From contig JBDVLX010000174.1 of assembly GCA_039970455.1 (NCBI GenBank), forward strand, positions 7,626 through 71,625: a stretch of DNA of 64,000 nt. The letters are read 5' to 3'. Every line of letters begins with the position of its first letter. The first letter of the stretch is position 1. The DNA is from Marinomonas sp. (GTDB taxonomy: Bacteria; Pseudomonadota; Gammaproteobacteria; Pseudomonadales; Marinomonadaceae). Made by a program: the position numbers and the translations under genes. Positions 28,943-39,087 of the stretch are shown piece by piece. A model generated the notes under the pieces. That model ran no database searches. It had not been told where the DNA came from and worked only from the letters and a program-made list of their open reading frames with translations.

Positions 28943-31024
28943 ATGATTGACGGTTTAGATGCACAGGATGTGCGAGAACTAAAAGGAGTGGGAGACGCAA
29001 TGGCCGAAAAGCTGGCTAAATTGCATCTACACACAGTACAGGATTTGCTGTTCCACTTGCCCATTCGTTACCAAGACAGAACTCGAGTAGTCCCCATCGG
29101 GCAGCTCCGTTTTGGTGACGAAGCCGTTATCGAAGGCCAAGTCTTAGGTAGCGAAATCAAGATGGGCAAACGTCGTAGTTTGCTCTGTCGAATCAAAGAT
29201 CACACCGGCACGCTTTGCTTACGCTTCTTCCACTTTTCAGCGGCGCAAAAAAAACAGCTTGAGACAGGCAAACGCATTCGCTGCTTTGGTGAAATTCGCC
29301 GAGGAAGCACAGGTTTTGAAATCTATCACCCTGAATACAAAGTCATTGGTGATGATGAAACACAAGAAGAGTCCGCGCAGCTCACGCCGATTTACCCTCT
29401 TACGGAAGGTTTGACCCAAACCAAAATTCGCCAACTCTGTGAGCAAGCATTAGAACGCCTAACCCCTTACAATTTAAGGGAATGGCTTCCTGAAGAAATT
29501 CGCTCGCAATTCAGTTTGCCACCATTGAGCGATGCGATCTTGTTTCTGCATCACCCGTCTCGCGAAGCTGACTTAGAACAACTACGCTCCGGCTCTCATC
29601 CTGCTCAATATCGATTGTCTTTTGAAGAGCTCATGGCGCATCAACTCTCTCTCATCGGCAAACGTATCAAGGCAAAGCAAGATATTTCAATCAAGGTGCC
29701 AAATGCAGGCGAACTGAGCCAAGCTCTTTTGGATCAATTGCCTTTTTCACCAACCAATGCTCAGCAGCGCGTTTTTCACGAAATACTGGCAGACTTAAAT
29801 ACTGGCCATCCGATGCTGCGCTTAGTACAAGGCGACGTAGGTTCGGGCAAAACTTTAGTGGCAGCCTTAGCTGCGGCTTCCGTCGTGCAAGCCGGTTATC
29901 AAGTTGCCATTATGGCGCCAACCGAAATCCTCGCAGAACAGCATTACATAAACTTCTCCCAATGGTTTGAGCCTTTAGGTTTAAAAGTGGCGTGGATGAT
30001 TGGCAAACTAAAAGGAAAGGCGCGGGAAAAAGAACTGGCGGATATTGCCTCTGGCGAAGCGCAAATTGTCGTTGGAACCCACGCTCTCTTTCAAGACACC
30101 GTTGAGTTCGATCGCTTAGCCTTGGCAATTATTGATGAACAACATCGTTTTGGTGTTCATCAACGAATGGCATTGCGAGAAAAAGGTATGAAGCACGGAT
30201 TTCAGCCTCACCAATTAATCATGACAGCAACGCCCATTCCTCGCACATTAGCCATGTCAGCTTATGCGGATTTGGATTGCTCAATCATCGATGAATTGCC
30301 GCCAGGACGAACACCTGTCAATACGATTGTGGTGTCAGACCAACGCCGACAAGAAGTCATCGATCGAGTAAAAAGTGGCTGTGAGCAAGGCAAACAAGCC
30401 TATTGGGTCTGTACTCTGATCGAAGAGTCGGAAGCCCTGCAATGCCAAGCGGCCGAGGACACAGCATTATTACTGCAAGAGCAATTACAAGGTTTATCCA
30501 TCGGTTTGGTTCATGGAAGACTAAAAGCGCAAGAAAAGGCCGATATTATGGCCAAGTTCAAAGCGGGTGAGATTCAGCTTTTGGTGGCGACCACAGTCAT
30601 TGAAGTGGGTGTTGATGTTCCAAACTCGAGCTTGATGGTCATAGAAAACCCTGAGCGTCTGGGCTTGGCGCAACTTCATCAATTACGAGGACGTGTGGGT
30701 CGAGGTCAAGCCGCCAGCCATTGTGTTTTGCTCTATAAAGCACCGTTAGGACAACAAGGGAAAGAACGCCTTTCTACCATGCGAGAAACCAGTGATGGAT
30801 TCAAAATTGCTGAAAAAGACCTTGAATTACGTGGACCAGGAGAACTTCTAGGCACAAGACAAACGGGTTTGTGGGAGTTCAAAGTAGCGGATTTGCAAAG
30901 AGACAAAAGTCTATTGGATGATGTGCAACGCGCCGCTTCGATTCTATATTCTCAGTACCCTGAAAGCATTTCCCCACTTCTGTCTAGATGGCTACCCAAT
31001 CACGATCAGTATTTAAACGTATAA
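28943..31024 (+). CDS. recG: ATP-dependent DNA helicase RecG
   Basis: QGDVGSGKT, DEQH, MTATPIPRT, QLRGRVGR, DLELRGPGE. Confidence 0.98.
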   Translation: MIDGLDAQDVRELKGVGDAMAEKLAKLHLHTVQDLLFHLPIRYQDRTRVVPIGQLRFGDEAVIEGQVLGSEIKMGKRRSLLCRIKDHTGTLCLRFFHFSAAQKKQLETGKRIRCFGEIRRGSTGFEIYHPEYKVIGDDETQEESAQLTPIYPLTEGLTQTKIRQLCEQALERLTPYNLREWLPEEIRSQFSLPPLSDAILFLHHPSREADLEQLRSGSHPAQYRLSFEELMAHQLSLIGKRIKAKQDISIKVPNAGELSQALLDQLPFSPTNAQQRVFHEILADLNTGHPMLRLVQGDVGSGKTLVAALAAASVVQAGYQVAIMAPTEILAEQHYINFSQWFEPLGLKVAWMIGKLKGKAREKELADIASGEAQIVVGTHALFQDTVEFDRLALAIIDEQHRFGVHQRMALREKGMKHGFQPHQLIMTATPIPRTLAMSAYADLDCSIIDELPPGRTPVNTIVVSDQRRQEVIDRVKSGCEQGKQAYWVCTLIEESEALQCQAAEDTALLLQEQLQGLSIGLVHGRLKAQEKADIMAKFKAGEIQLLVATTVIEVGVDVPNSSLMVIENPERLGLAQLHQLRGRVGRGQAASHCVLLYKAPLGQQGKERLSTMRETSDGFKIAEKDLELRGPGELLGTRQTGLWEFKVADLQRDKSLLDDVQRAASILYSQYPESISPLLSRWLPNHDQYLNV

Positions 31025-31177
31025 CACACTCTCTGAAATACCCGCCCTTTACCATCGACAGCCTTATCGCTATTGGCTTTAAATTTGCTTAGATATGTTC
31101 AAGATATCATCATAAAATCTTTCGAACTGGGTAGTTTCTTACATTCTGTTCAAGCCAATTCATCTCAAGGAGCTGGT

Positions 31178-31864
31178 ATGTCTTTTTTAGAACAAGCAAA
31201 TCAAGGTGCAGAATTATCAATACAAGGATGCGGTTACAAAATAGAAAACGACCGAGTTATGCTTTCTGCGGACTTTATTGGAAGCAATAGAGATGAACTG
31301 AACATGAGCGGCACAATTCAAATCGCCTTCAATGCCCAGAACCAACAAAGCACTGAACCTCAAAGCGTGCTTCTAGCTTCCACAACGATAGGAGAATTAA
31401 GAGGCCAACACTTCCTTAGTGACTGCTATTACGACTTACTCTTTCAACACCCACCCGCTGGCACTTGGCAGCTTTCATTACAATTGAAAGAGTGGGACGG
31501 TTTAGAATATGCCTTAGTTGATGAAGTGTTTTTCGACTTCCTCTATCAGACCCAAGCCATGTCTGATGCTGCAGATGCCTACAGCAATGAACATACCACT
31601 GACCTAATAGAACCTGAATCAGTCCTTCCAAAAGAGTCCATCACTCACACCGAGCCTGTAATAGAAACGCAAGTTTCTGGCGATGGACATCACATCATCA
31701 ATAAAATAAAAAAAACAGAATTAAGAGCAGTAAAAGGGGTTCCAAAAAGAGCGTTGGAAAGAATCATAGCGGAGCGCCCTTTTCAATCAGAAAGAGCGAT
31801 TATCAATGTCAAAGGAATGGGGCCAAAAATGCTGATGAAAATGCTAGAGCAGCTCTCAAGCTAA
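31178..31864 (+). CDS. Protein with an uncharacterised N-terminal beta-rich domain and a C-terminal ComEA-like helix-hairpin-helix
   Basis: C-terminal INKIKKTELRAVKGV...RPFQSERAIINVKGMGPK tandem HhH; AGGAG before ATG 31178; no signal peptide. Confidence 0.75.
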   Translation: MSFLEQANQGAELSIQGCGYKIENDRVMLSADFIGSNRDELNMSGTIQIAFNAQNQQSTEPQSVLLASTTIGELRGQHFLSDCYYDLLFQHPPAGTWQLSLQLKEWDGLEYALVDEVFFDFLYQTQAMSDAADAYSNEHTTDLIEPESVLPKESITHTEPVIETQVSGDGHHIINKIKKTELRAVKGVPKRALERIIAERPFQSERAIINVKGMGPKMLMKMLEQLSS

Positions 31865-31917
31865 AACAACTCTCAAGCGCAAAAAATATAAAGGGAACGC
31901 AAAGCACGCAGTCTACA

Positions 31918-32394
31918 TTATGGAATGTTTACAACCGTCGTGCTTTTCACTTCTTCCATAGCGACATAAGTTCGCGACTCACGAACGTGCGGCAGAGTTA
32001 GTAAAGTTTCACCTAAAAGTAGACGGTAGGAGTCCATATTTGAAACGCGGGCTTTTAATAGATATTCAAAATCGCCCGCTATCAAATGACATTCTAAAAT
32101 TTCTGGAATTTCAGTAACCGCTGTTTTAAATTCATTAAAGCCTTCAGGGGAGGTTGTTTTCAGTCTAATTTCAACAAAGACCAATAAGCCAGCATCCACC
32201 TTTTTTGGGTTTACCAAAGCACAGTAGCCCGTAATGTAACCCGTTCGCTCTAAACGACGAACACGTTCCAAACAAGGAGTGGCACTCAACCCAACACGGC
32301 TCGCTAGTTCGACATTCGATAAACGGCCATTTATCTGTAATTCACGAAGTATTTTTTTGTCTAAGCGATCGAGTGGTTTTACTGAGTTATCCAT
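31918..32394 (-). CDS. lrp: Leucine-responsive regulatory protein Lrp
   Basis: LDRLDKKILRELQINGRLSNVELASRVGLSATPCLERVRRLE; ECHLIAGDFEYLLKARV. Confidence 0.93.
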   Translation of the reverse strand: MDNSVKPLDRLDKKILRELQINGRLSNVELASRVGLSATPCLERVRRLERTGYITGYCALVNPKKVDAGLLVFVEIRLKTTSPEGFNEFKTAVTEIPEILECHLIAGDFEYLLKARVSNMDSYRLLLGETLLTLPHVRESRTYVAMEEVKSTTVVNIP

Positions 32395-32820
32395 TTGACA
32401 CGGATCTCCTTACGTAGCTTCAATTAATGTCTAAGTCTATCATGCAGATTGCAAATTATGGAAAGAGCTTTATTCAATATATTCAGTAAGGGTATAGCAA
32501 CAAAACCAGAAACAAGCACCAGAATTAAGCAAAAACCCACCCTCGCTACAAAATGGAACATTTTTCTAAAATTCTCGCACCACTTATGATCAAAAATTAA
32601 AAGATCTGTGTAATCCCCCGAAAACCAACACTTTACAGAAAAAAGAATCTTTAAAGGCACAACAATTACACTCTAAATTACGCAAGAAAAGTGCAAATTA
32701 CGCATTGCTTACAATTTTTTCTTCTTGACTATGGCTCAAAAGAGTAATTCTATAGATGTATGTAGTGTTCTTTGTAGAGGAATCATCTACATATAACTGA
32801 CAATAAGAAGAATAGAATGT

Positions 32821-32836
32821 TGGCACCAAGTTTGCT
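32821..32836 (+). promoter_or_regulatory. Sigma-54 (-24/-12) promoter of aapJQMP
   Basis: TGGCAC-CAAGT-TTGCT, an exact match to TGGCAC-N5-TTGCW, 87 nt before the aapJ start. Confidence 0.85.
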
Positions 32837-32923
32837 TAAAAAATACTACAGATAAGATAAATCTGACGTTAAGTTTAGCAATATAACAACATATGTAAAA
32901 AAATGCCCGGGAGGCTTAATATA

Positions 32924-33946
32924 ATGAAATCGAATGTTAGTAAAATACTATCTACTGCCGCTGTTGCAGCGACTCTAAGTACAGCAGCGACTGCAGCTAC
33001 ACTAGATGACGTTAAATCTAAAGGCTTTATCCAATGTGGTGTTAGCCAAGGCGTTCCAGGCTTCTCCAACGCAGATTCTGATGGTAACTGGACTGGTATT
33101 GACGTTGACGCTTGTCGCGCCGCTGCTGCAGCCATTTTTGGTGATGCTCAAAAAGTAAAATTCACTCCTCTTTCTGCTAAAGAGCGTTTTACAGCTCTAC
33201 AATCTGGCGAAATCGACGTTCTTTCTCGTAACACTACTTGGACTTACACTCGTGACTCGTCTCTAGGTTTAGACTTCACAGCTGTTAACTTCTATGACGG
33301 TCAAGGTTTCATGGCTCGTAAAGACCTAGGCGTTGAATCTGCTTTGGATCTTGATGGTGCAACAGTTTGTACAGAACAAGGTACTACAACTGAATTGAAC
33401 ATGGCTGACTTCTTCCGTAAGCACAAATTATCTTACGTTCCAGTTGTTGTTCAAAAAGCAGACGAAGCACTAGCCGCTTACGCTTCTGGCCGTTGTGATG
33501 TATTCACAACAGATAAATCAGGTCTTGCAGCTCAGCGTTCTAAGTTAGCCAACCCTGCTGATCACATGATTCTTCCAGAAACGATTTCTAAAGAGCCTCT
33601 AGGTCCTGTTGTTCGTCACGGCGACAACCAGTGGAAAGATATCGTAACTTGGGCAATGTTCGTTCAGGTTAACGCGGAAGAAATGGGCATCACTTCTGAA
33701 AACGTTGCTAAAATCAAAAGTGAAACAAATGATCCAGGCATTGCGCGCTTACTAGGTAAAGAAGGCGACATGGGTGCTCAACTAGGACTTTCTAGTGATT
33801 GGGCTTACAACATCATTGCTCAAGTAGGTAACTACGGTGAAGTATTTGAACGTAATGTTGGTCCATCTACTCCAGTTGGTCTTCCACGTGGTATTAACAA
33901 CCTATGGACTGAAGGCGGTGTAATGTACGCGCCACCAGTACGTTAA
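32924..33946 (+). CDS. aapJ: General L-amino acid ABC transporter substrate-binding protein (AapJ/BztA)
   Basis: Signal peptide, CGVSQGVPGFS, RFTALQSGEIDVLSRNTTWT, ISKEPLGP, YAPPVR. Confidence 0.95.
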   Translation: MKSNVSKILSTAAVAATLSTAATAATLDDVKSKGFIQCGVSQGVPGFSNADSDGNWTGIDVDACRAAAAAIFGDAQKVKFTPLSAKERFTALQSGEIDVLSRNTTWTYTRDSSLGLDFTAVNFYDGQGFMARKDLGVESALDLDGATVCTEQGTTTELNMADFFRKHKLSYVPVVVQKADEALAAYASGRCDVFTTDKSGLAAQRSKLANPADHMILPETISKEPLGPVVRHGDNQWKDIVTWAMFVQVNAEEMGITSENVAKIKSETNDPGIARLLGKEGDMGAQLGLSSDWAYNIIAQVGNYGEVFERNVGPSTPVGLPRGINNLWTEGGVMYAPPVR

Positions 33947-33981
33947 TTATTAATACCTAGAGCAACCTGCTTCGGGTATTT

Positions 33982-34012
33982 ATTCAGCGGTGATTTTTCA
34001 TCGCCGCTGAAT
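33982..34012 (+). terminator. Stem-loop between aapJ and aapQ (mRNA stabiliser or attenuator)
   Basis: ATTCAGCGGTGAT-TTTTC-ATCGCCGCTGAAT with one G-U pair. Confidence 0.65.
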
Positions 34013-34064
34013 TTCTCCCCCCTTTCTTACACATCTGACGAGCATTCCATTTGCCTGAACTAAG

Positions 34065-35240
34065 ATGAGCGATAAAACAACTTCAAGTAACAAAAGCCTT
34101 TTGCACGATGCAGGCACCCGTGCCTTGATCTTCCAAATAGTGCTTCTAGCCGTGGTAGTCTTCGTAGGTTATTACCTATTCAGTAACTTACAAGCCAACC
34201 TAGCTAATCAAGGTATTTCCACTGGTTTTACATTTCTAAATCAGCCAGCCGGATTTCCCATCCTTATTCATTTGATTGAGTACACAGAAGCAAACACCTA
34301 TGGTCGCGCATTTGTGGTTGCCTTAATCAACACCATTGTTATTTCCTTAATGGGGATTGTGTTAGCAACTGTCATAGGTGTCATCATGGGTGTTGCCCGA
34401 CTGTCGAAAAACTGGCTAGTCGCACGTTTAGCAACCGTCTATGTTGAAACCTTGCGTAATATCCCATTACTACTGCAAATGTTCTTTTGGTATTTTGCAG
34501 TACTTTCAGCGCTACCAGCACCACGTAATAGTTATGAGTTTGCAGACTTCCTATTAAACAAACGCGGAATCTACTCTCCTAACCCTATTTTTCAAGATGG
34601 CTTCGGCCTTGTCATCTTCGGCTTTATTTTATCTATTATTGCTTCTATCGCTGTGATTGTCTGGGCAAAAAAACGACAAACAAGAACTGGTCTTTGGTTT
34701 CCCGCTTATTGGTCTTCTTTAGGTTTAATTCTTGTTATTACCTTTTTGTCCCTTGCTGTTGCAGGCTTTCCAATAGAGTTCGATTTACCACAAAAGAGTC
34801 GCTTCAATATCACTGGCGGTATGGTTCTACCTCCTGAGTTTGTCGCTGTTCTTTTGGCTCTATCCACCTACACGGGCTCTTTCATCGCTGAAATCGTCCG
34901 TGCAGGTATTTTGTCTGTTAACTGGGGGCAAACAGAAGCAGCAAGATCTTTAGGCTTAAAAGACAGTTTGACTCAACGTTTAATTGTATTGCCTCAAGCA
35001 TTGCGCGTTATCATCCCACCATTAACAAGCCAATATTTAAACTTAGCGAAAAACTCTTCGCTAGGTGCAGCTATTGCCTACCCTGAACTGGTTGCTGTTG
35101 TTATGGGTACGACGCTAAACCAAACAGGTCAAGCAATAGAAACCATTGGTCTTTGTATGCTTGTTTACGGTTCATTGAGCTTATCTATCTCTATGTTCAT
35201 GAACTGGTACAACAAAAAAATGTCATTAGTGGAACGCTAG
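34065..35240 (+). CDS. aapQ: General L-amino acid ABC transporter permease AapQ
   Basis: RNIPLLLQ, FIAEIVRAGI, GQTEAARSLGL, LAKNSSL. Confidence 0.94.
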   Translation: MSDKTTSSNKSLLHDAGTRALIFQIVLLAVVVFVGYYLFSNLQANLANQGISTGFTFLNQPAGFPILIHLIEYTEANTYGRAFVVALINTIVISLMGIVLATVIGVIMGVARLSKNWLVARLATVYVETLRNIPLLLQMFFWYFAVLSALPAPRNSYEFADFLLNKRGIYSPNPIFQDGFGLVIFGFILSIIASIAVIVWAKKRQTRTGLWFPAYWSSLGLILVITFLSLAVAGFPIEFDLPQKSRFNITGGMVLPPEFVAVLLALSTYTGSFIAEIVRAGILSVNWGQTEAARSLGLKDSLTQRLIVLPQALRVIIPPLTSQYLNLAKNSSLGAAIAYPELVAVVMGTTLNQTGQAIETIGLCMLVYGSLSLSISMFMNWYNKKMSLVER

Positions 35241-35250
35241 GAGGCTAATC

Positions 35251-36351
35251 ATGGCTATTATATTTAAACCATCACCAAGCCTCCCACCACCAGTTAATTC
35301 GGTCGGTGCAGTGGCATGGGTTCGTCAAAATCTATTGTCGTCCCCTCTTAATATTTTCCTGACACTGTTTAGTGTTTATATTTTATACCTATTGCTTCCA
35401 CCAGTTATTCAATGGGGCATTATCGATGCAACATGGACAGGTGAATCAAAAGCAACTTGTACTGGCGGCGGTGCTTGTTGGGCATTTATAGGGGTTTACT
35501 TCGAACAATTTATGTATGGGTTATATCCATCAGAAGAAACATGGCGTATTAATATTGCCTTGATTCTATTGGTGGTAATGGTTGGTGCTTTCGCCATTAA
35601 GTCCGTCAATAAATTGCACCTATCCATTGGGATCATCGTTGTCTACCCTATCATTGCCTACTTCTTGTTTGCTGGTGGCGTACTTGGGTTGGAAGTTGTT
35701 GAGACTTCTCTATGGGGTGGCTTATTCCTAACGACTCTTTTGGGTGTCATTGGTATTGTTGCTTCCCTTCCTCTGGGTGTCTTGCTGGCTCTAGGCCGTC
35801 AATCAAGTATGCCGATCACTAAGTCTGTTTGTATTGTGTTCATTGAAACCATTCGGGCTGTGCCTTTGATCACCATCTTGTTTATGGCATCCGTTATGAT
35901 TCCATTGTTCCTACCTGATGGTATGAACTTTAATAAGCTAATGCGTGTATTGATTGGTATTACCTTATTCTCCGCCGCTTACATGGCCGAGGTAATTCGT
36001 GGTGGCTTGCAAGCTATTCCAAAAGGTCAGTATGAAGCCGCTGATGCAATGGGATTATCTTACTGGCAGTCAATGGTTTTGGTTATCTTGCCACAAGCAT
36101 TGAAATTGGTTATTCCTGGTATCGTAAACACCTTCATTGGTCTGTTTAAAGATACCACTCTAGTTTACATCGTCGGTATGTTTGATTTGCTAGGTCGAAT
36201 CCAAGCCGCTACACATGATGCAAATTGGTTAGGAACAACCATAGAAGGTTATGCCTTTGCTGGATTCATTTACTGGGCGGCCTGTTTTGGTATGTCTCGC
36301 TACAGTATGAGAATCGAGCGTAAGTTAGAAACTGGGCACAAGCGAAATTAG
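35251..36351 (+). CDS. aapM: General L-amino acid ABC transporter permease AapM
   Basis: IRAVPLITILF, AYMAEVIRGGLQAIPKGQYEAA, FKDTTLV. Confidence 0.94.
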   Translation: MAIIFKPSPSLPPPVNSVGAVAWVRQNLLSSPLNIFLTLFSVYILYLLLPPVIQWGIIDATWTGESKATCTGGGACWAFIGVYFEQFMYGLYPSEETWRINIALILLVVMVGAFAIKSVNKLHLSIGIIVVYPIIAYFLFAGGVLGLEVVETSLWGGLFLTTLLGVIGIVASLPLGVLLALGRQSSMPITKSVCIVFIETIRAVPLITILFMASVMIPLFLPDGMNFNKLMRVLIGITLFSAAYMAEVIRGGLQAIPKGQYEAADAMGLSYWQSMVLVILPQALKLVIPGIVNTFIGLFKDTTLVYIVGMFDLLGRIQAATHDANWLGTTIEGYAFAGFIYWAACFGMSRYSMRIERKLETGHKRN

Positions 36352-36373
36352 TTAAGAATTTGAGGTCTATATA

Positions 36374-37153
36374 ATGTCAAATACAAATATGGCTCGTGCT
36401 CAGCTTGCGCAGGGCGAAGAAGCAATCATCGAATTTAACGATGTAAACAAATGGTACGGTGATTTCCACGTATTAAAGAACATCAATTTCAGCATTAAAA
36501 AAGGCGAGCGTATCGTTGTATGCGGCCCTTCTGGTTCTGGTAAATCAACCATGACGCGTTGTATCAACCGTCTAGAAGAGCACCAAAAAGGAACCATTCT
36601 GGTTGATGGCGTTGAAATGAACGATAACCTGAAGAACATCGAAGCGATCCGCAAAGATGTTGGTATGGTTTTCCAGCACTTCAACCTGTTCCCACACCTA
36701 ACCATTTTGGAAAACCTGACTTTGGCGCCAATTTGGGTACGTAAAACACCAAAGAAAGAAGCTGAAGAAATGGCAATGCATTACTTGGAGCGTGTAAAAA
36801 TCGCTAACCAAGCATTGAAATACCCAGGTCAGCTTTCTGGTGGTCAGCAACAACGTGTGGCGATTGCTCGTGGCTTGTGTATGCAACCTCGTATCATGTT
36901 GTTTGATGAGCCAACCTCTGCACTTGACCCTGAAATGATCAAGGAAGTATTGGACGTTATGATCCAATTGGCAGAAGAAGGTATGACAATGGTATGTGTA
37001 ACCCATGAAATGGGCTTCGCAAAAACCGTTGCCGACCGAGTTGTGTTCATGGATGCTGGTGAAATCGTTGAAGCCAATGAGCCAAATGAGTTTTTCAACA
37101 ATCCTCAGCATGATCGTACTCAAAACTTCCTAAGCCAAATCCTAAATCATTAA
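36374..37153 (+). CDS. aapP: General L-amino acid ABC transporter ATP-binding protein AapP
   Basis: [31 protein letters not shown]. Confidence 0.95.
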   Translation: MSNTNMARAQLAQGEEAIIEFNDVNKWYGDFHVLKNINFSIKKGERIVVCGPSGSGKSTMTRCINRLEEHQKGTILVDGVEMNDNLKNIEAIRKDVGMVFQHFNLFPHLTILENLTLAPIWVRKTPKKEAEEMAMHYLERVKIANQALKYPGQLSGGQQQRVAIARGLCMQPRIMLFDEPTSALDPEMIKEVLDVMIQLAEEGMTMVCVTHEMGFAKTVADRVVFMDAGEIVEANEPNEFFNNPQHDRTQNFLSQILNH

Positions 37154-37193
37154 TTCGAAACTCGAAACTTCGTTTTAAAATCTGGTATATTGG

Positions 37194-37218
37194 AAAAAGC
37201 CCCGACGAGGGGCTTTTT
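37194..37218 (+). terminator. Intrinsic terminator after aapP
   Basis: AAAAAGCCCC-GACGA-GGGGCTTTTT. Confidence 0.88.
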
Positions 37219-37248
37219 TATGTCTGATAGTTTTAATCGAGAACCTTT

Positions 37249-38520
37249 ATGGAAGCCTTACCAGACCACCAGCAAAGTCAGAGAATACGAGTGGTGCATT
37301 TAGCAGATCACTCTGGTCGTTTGCAGGTTCTTTTCCCTGAAAGCAATATGCTCGATATTGCTGCTGTATCACGCATTACAAAGCGCCGTTTAGAGCCCGT
37401 TGCCCACTTTCATCCATCGGGCGATGCTCTTATAAAACCCAACAGCGTAATGACAATTATAGAAAGCAGCTTATTGGAAAATGACCAAGCTTTTCTTATC
37501 CGTACAAAAGCCGGCGGACAATACCGAGAGATCACAGGAAACCAATTAAAAGAGCTGTTTTCAGGCCCGCTTAACCGCTTTGAAAGCATTTCTATTCACA
37601 CTTCTGCGATCAACAAACCGACTGAAAACCACGAAAATGACGAAGAACAGATCCTTCAAGCGCTCGGTAAATTTCAATCCATACGACTCAAGCAACGTTT
37701 GGAAGAAACATTAGAGATTCCGCCTTTGCCCGCTTCTTCCCATAGAATCATCAAACTGTCATCAGATAAGTCCGCAGGGACAGATGAGCTATGTGAAGTC
37801 ATTGCATTAGACCCAAGTTTATCTGCACAGGTCGTTAGCTGGGCGTCTTCTCCTTATTATGGAGCGCCGGGGTCAATTGAGTCTGTAGAGGATGCCATTA
37901 TTCGCGTTCTCGGCTTTGAAATGGTGATGAATTTAGCGCTTGGACTATCAATGGGTAACGCCTTCAAGACACCAGAAGAAGGACCTCGTCACTATGAAGA
38001 CTTCTGGCTAGATTCGGTTTCACGTGCCGTTCTCATGGAATCCTTAGTAAAGGCTATGCCAATAAAAAACCGTCCAAAGCTGGGCCATGCTTACTTAGCA
38101 GGCTTGCTGCACAACTTTGGATTCCTTGCGATTAATGCTATTTTGCCGCCCCATTTTTCCATCTTATCTCGCTACCAAGAAGCCAACGCGCATTTGGCGG
38201 CTGAGTTCACTGAAATGCACATACTGCATTTTACCAAGGAACAATTGGCATCTTGGCTATTACGTTATTGGAGCTTGCCAGACAATATTTGGATGGCCAT
38301 AAGATACAGTAAAAAACCTCATTATTATGGAGAACACGCCATATTAGCCAAGCTGCTCTATGTGACTTACCAACTCCGTCATGAGGCCGATATTGAGCCT
38401 GAAGTGCTCAATGAAATAGGCTTAACACTTGAGGAAGTCGAAAACTGCGAAAAAGAGGTTTTCAAAAAATCGGCCGAGTTGCATAAAATGGCGTCTTTAA
38501 TTAACAAGATAAATGCCTAG
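37249..38520 (+). CDS. YbaK-like + HDOD domain protein (SadB-like)
   Basis: HDOD core LEIPPLP...DPSLSAQVVSWASSPYY...AIIRVLGF...GLLHNFG; the N-terminus resembles the degenerate YbaK domain of Pseudomonas SadB; same recG-linked position. Confidence 0.82.
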   Translation: MEALPDHQQSQRIRVVHLADHSGRLQVLFPESNMLDIAAVSRITKRRLEPVAHFHPSGDALIKPNSVMTIIESSLLENDQAFLIRTKAGGQYREITGNQLKELFSGPLNRFESISIHTSAINKPTENHENDEEQILQALGKFQSIRLKQRLEETLEIPPLPASSHRIIKLSSDKSAGTDELCEVIALDPSLSAQVVSWASSPYYGAPGSIESVEDAIIRVLGFEMVMNLALGLSMGNAFKTPEEGPRHYEDFWLDSVSRAVLMESLVKAMPIKNRPKLGHAYLAGLLHNFGFLAINAILPPHFSILSRYQEANAHLAAEFTEMHILHFTKEQLASWLLRYWSLPDNIWMAIRYSKKPHYYGEHAILAKLLYVTYQLRHEADIEPEVLNEIGLTLEEVENCEKEVFKKSAELHKMASLINKINA

Positions 38521-38526
38521 TTTATT

Positions 38527-39087
38527 ATGACATTGATGAATCAATCCGCGACCTTGCAGTTTGGCTATCGATGGGCGCCAGTGCATAGAGTCAACAAGGT
38601 AAAAGTACCAACCACTCTTTGGCCTTGGCTTATTACCAAATCCTCTTTAACAGCCAAGCTACAAACGCTAGGAGCACTGACAGTTGAAGTACTTGAAGAC
38701 ACTTGGGGAACACCAACGGCACGAGAAAGAAAACGCCTTTCTCTGCGCCCCCGCGAGGCGGCTCGCATTCGCACCGTTTTATTAAAAGTCGATGGTGTCA
38801 GTGTTATTTATGCGCGCTCTATTATTCCAGCCAAATCCTTAAAAGGTCATTGGCGACAAGTAAAACACCTCAAAAACAAACCGTTAGGCGGATATTTATT
38901 TAAACACAGAGCGCTTGTTAGAAGCGGTGTCGAAGTCACTCAACTGCCTAAACAAATGTTTCCAAATCAATCAAATGGCGTATGGGCGAGACGTTCTATT
39001 TTCCAGCAATACGGAGCGGGAATACTTGTCAACGAAGCCTTCTTTGATGATATCAACCAACTAAAATCACCATTTGGTTTTATATGA
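38527..39087 (+). CDS. ubiC: Chorismate pyruvate-lyase
   Basis: WLITKSSLTAKL, RTVLLKVDG...YARSII, PLGGYLF, WARRS, LVNEAF; precedes ubiA. Confidence 0.93.
   Translation: MTLMNQSATLQFGYRWAPVHRVNKVKVPTTLWPWLITKSSLTAKLQTLGALTVEVLEDTWGTPTARERKRLSLRPREAARIRTVLLKVDGVSVIYARSIIPAKSLKGHWRQVKHLKNKPLGGYLFKHRALVRSGVEVTQLPKQMFPNQSNGVWARRSIFQQYGAGILVNEAFFDDINQLKSPFGFI

Noticed and set aside
36400-37123. Several minus-strand ORFs of 85-141 aa
   Set aside because: Typical antisense open frames of the highly biased aapP gene.
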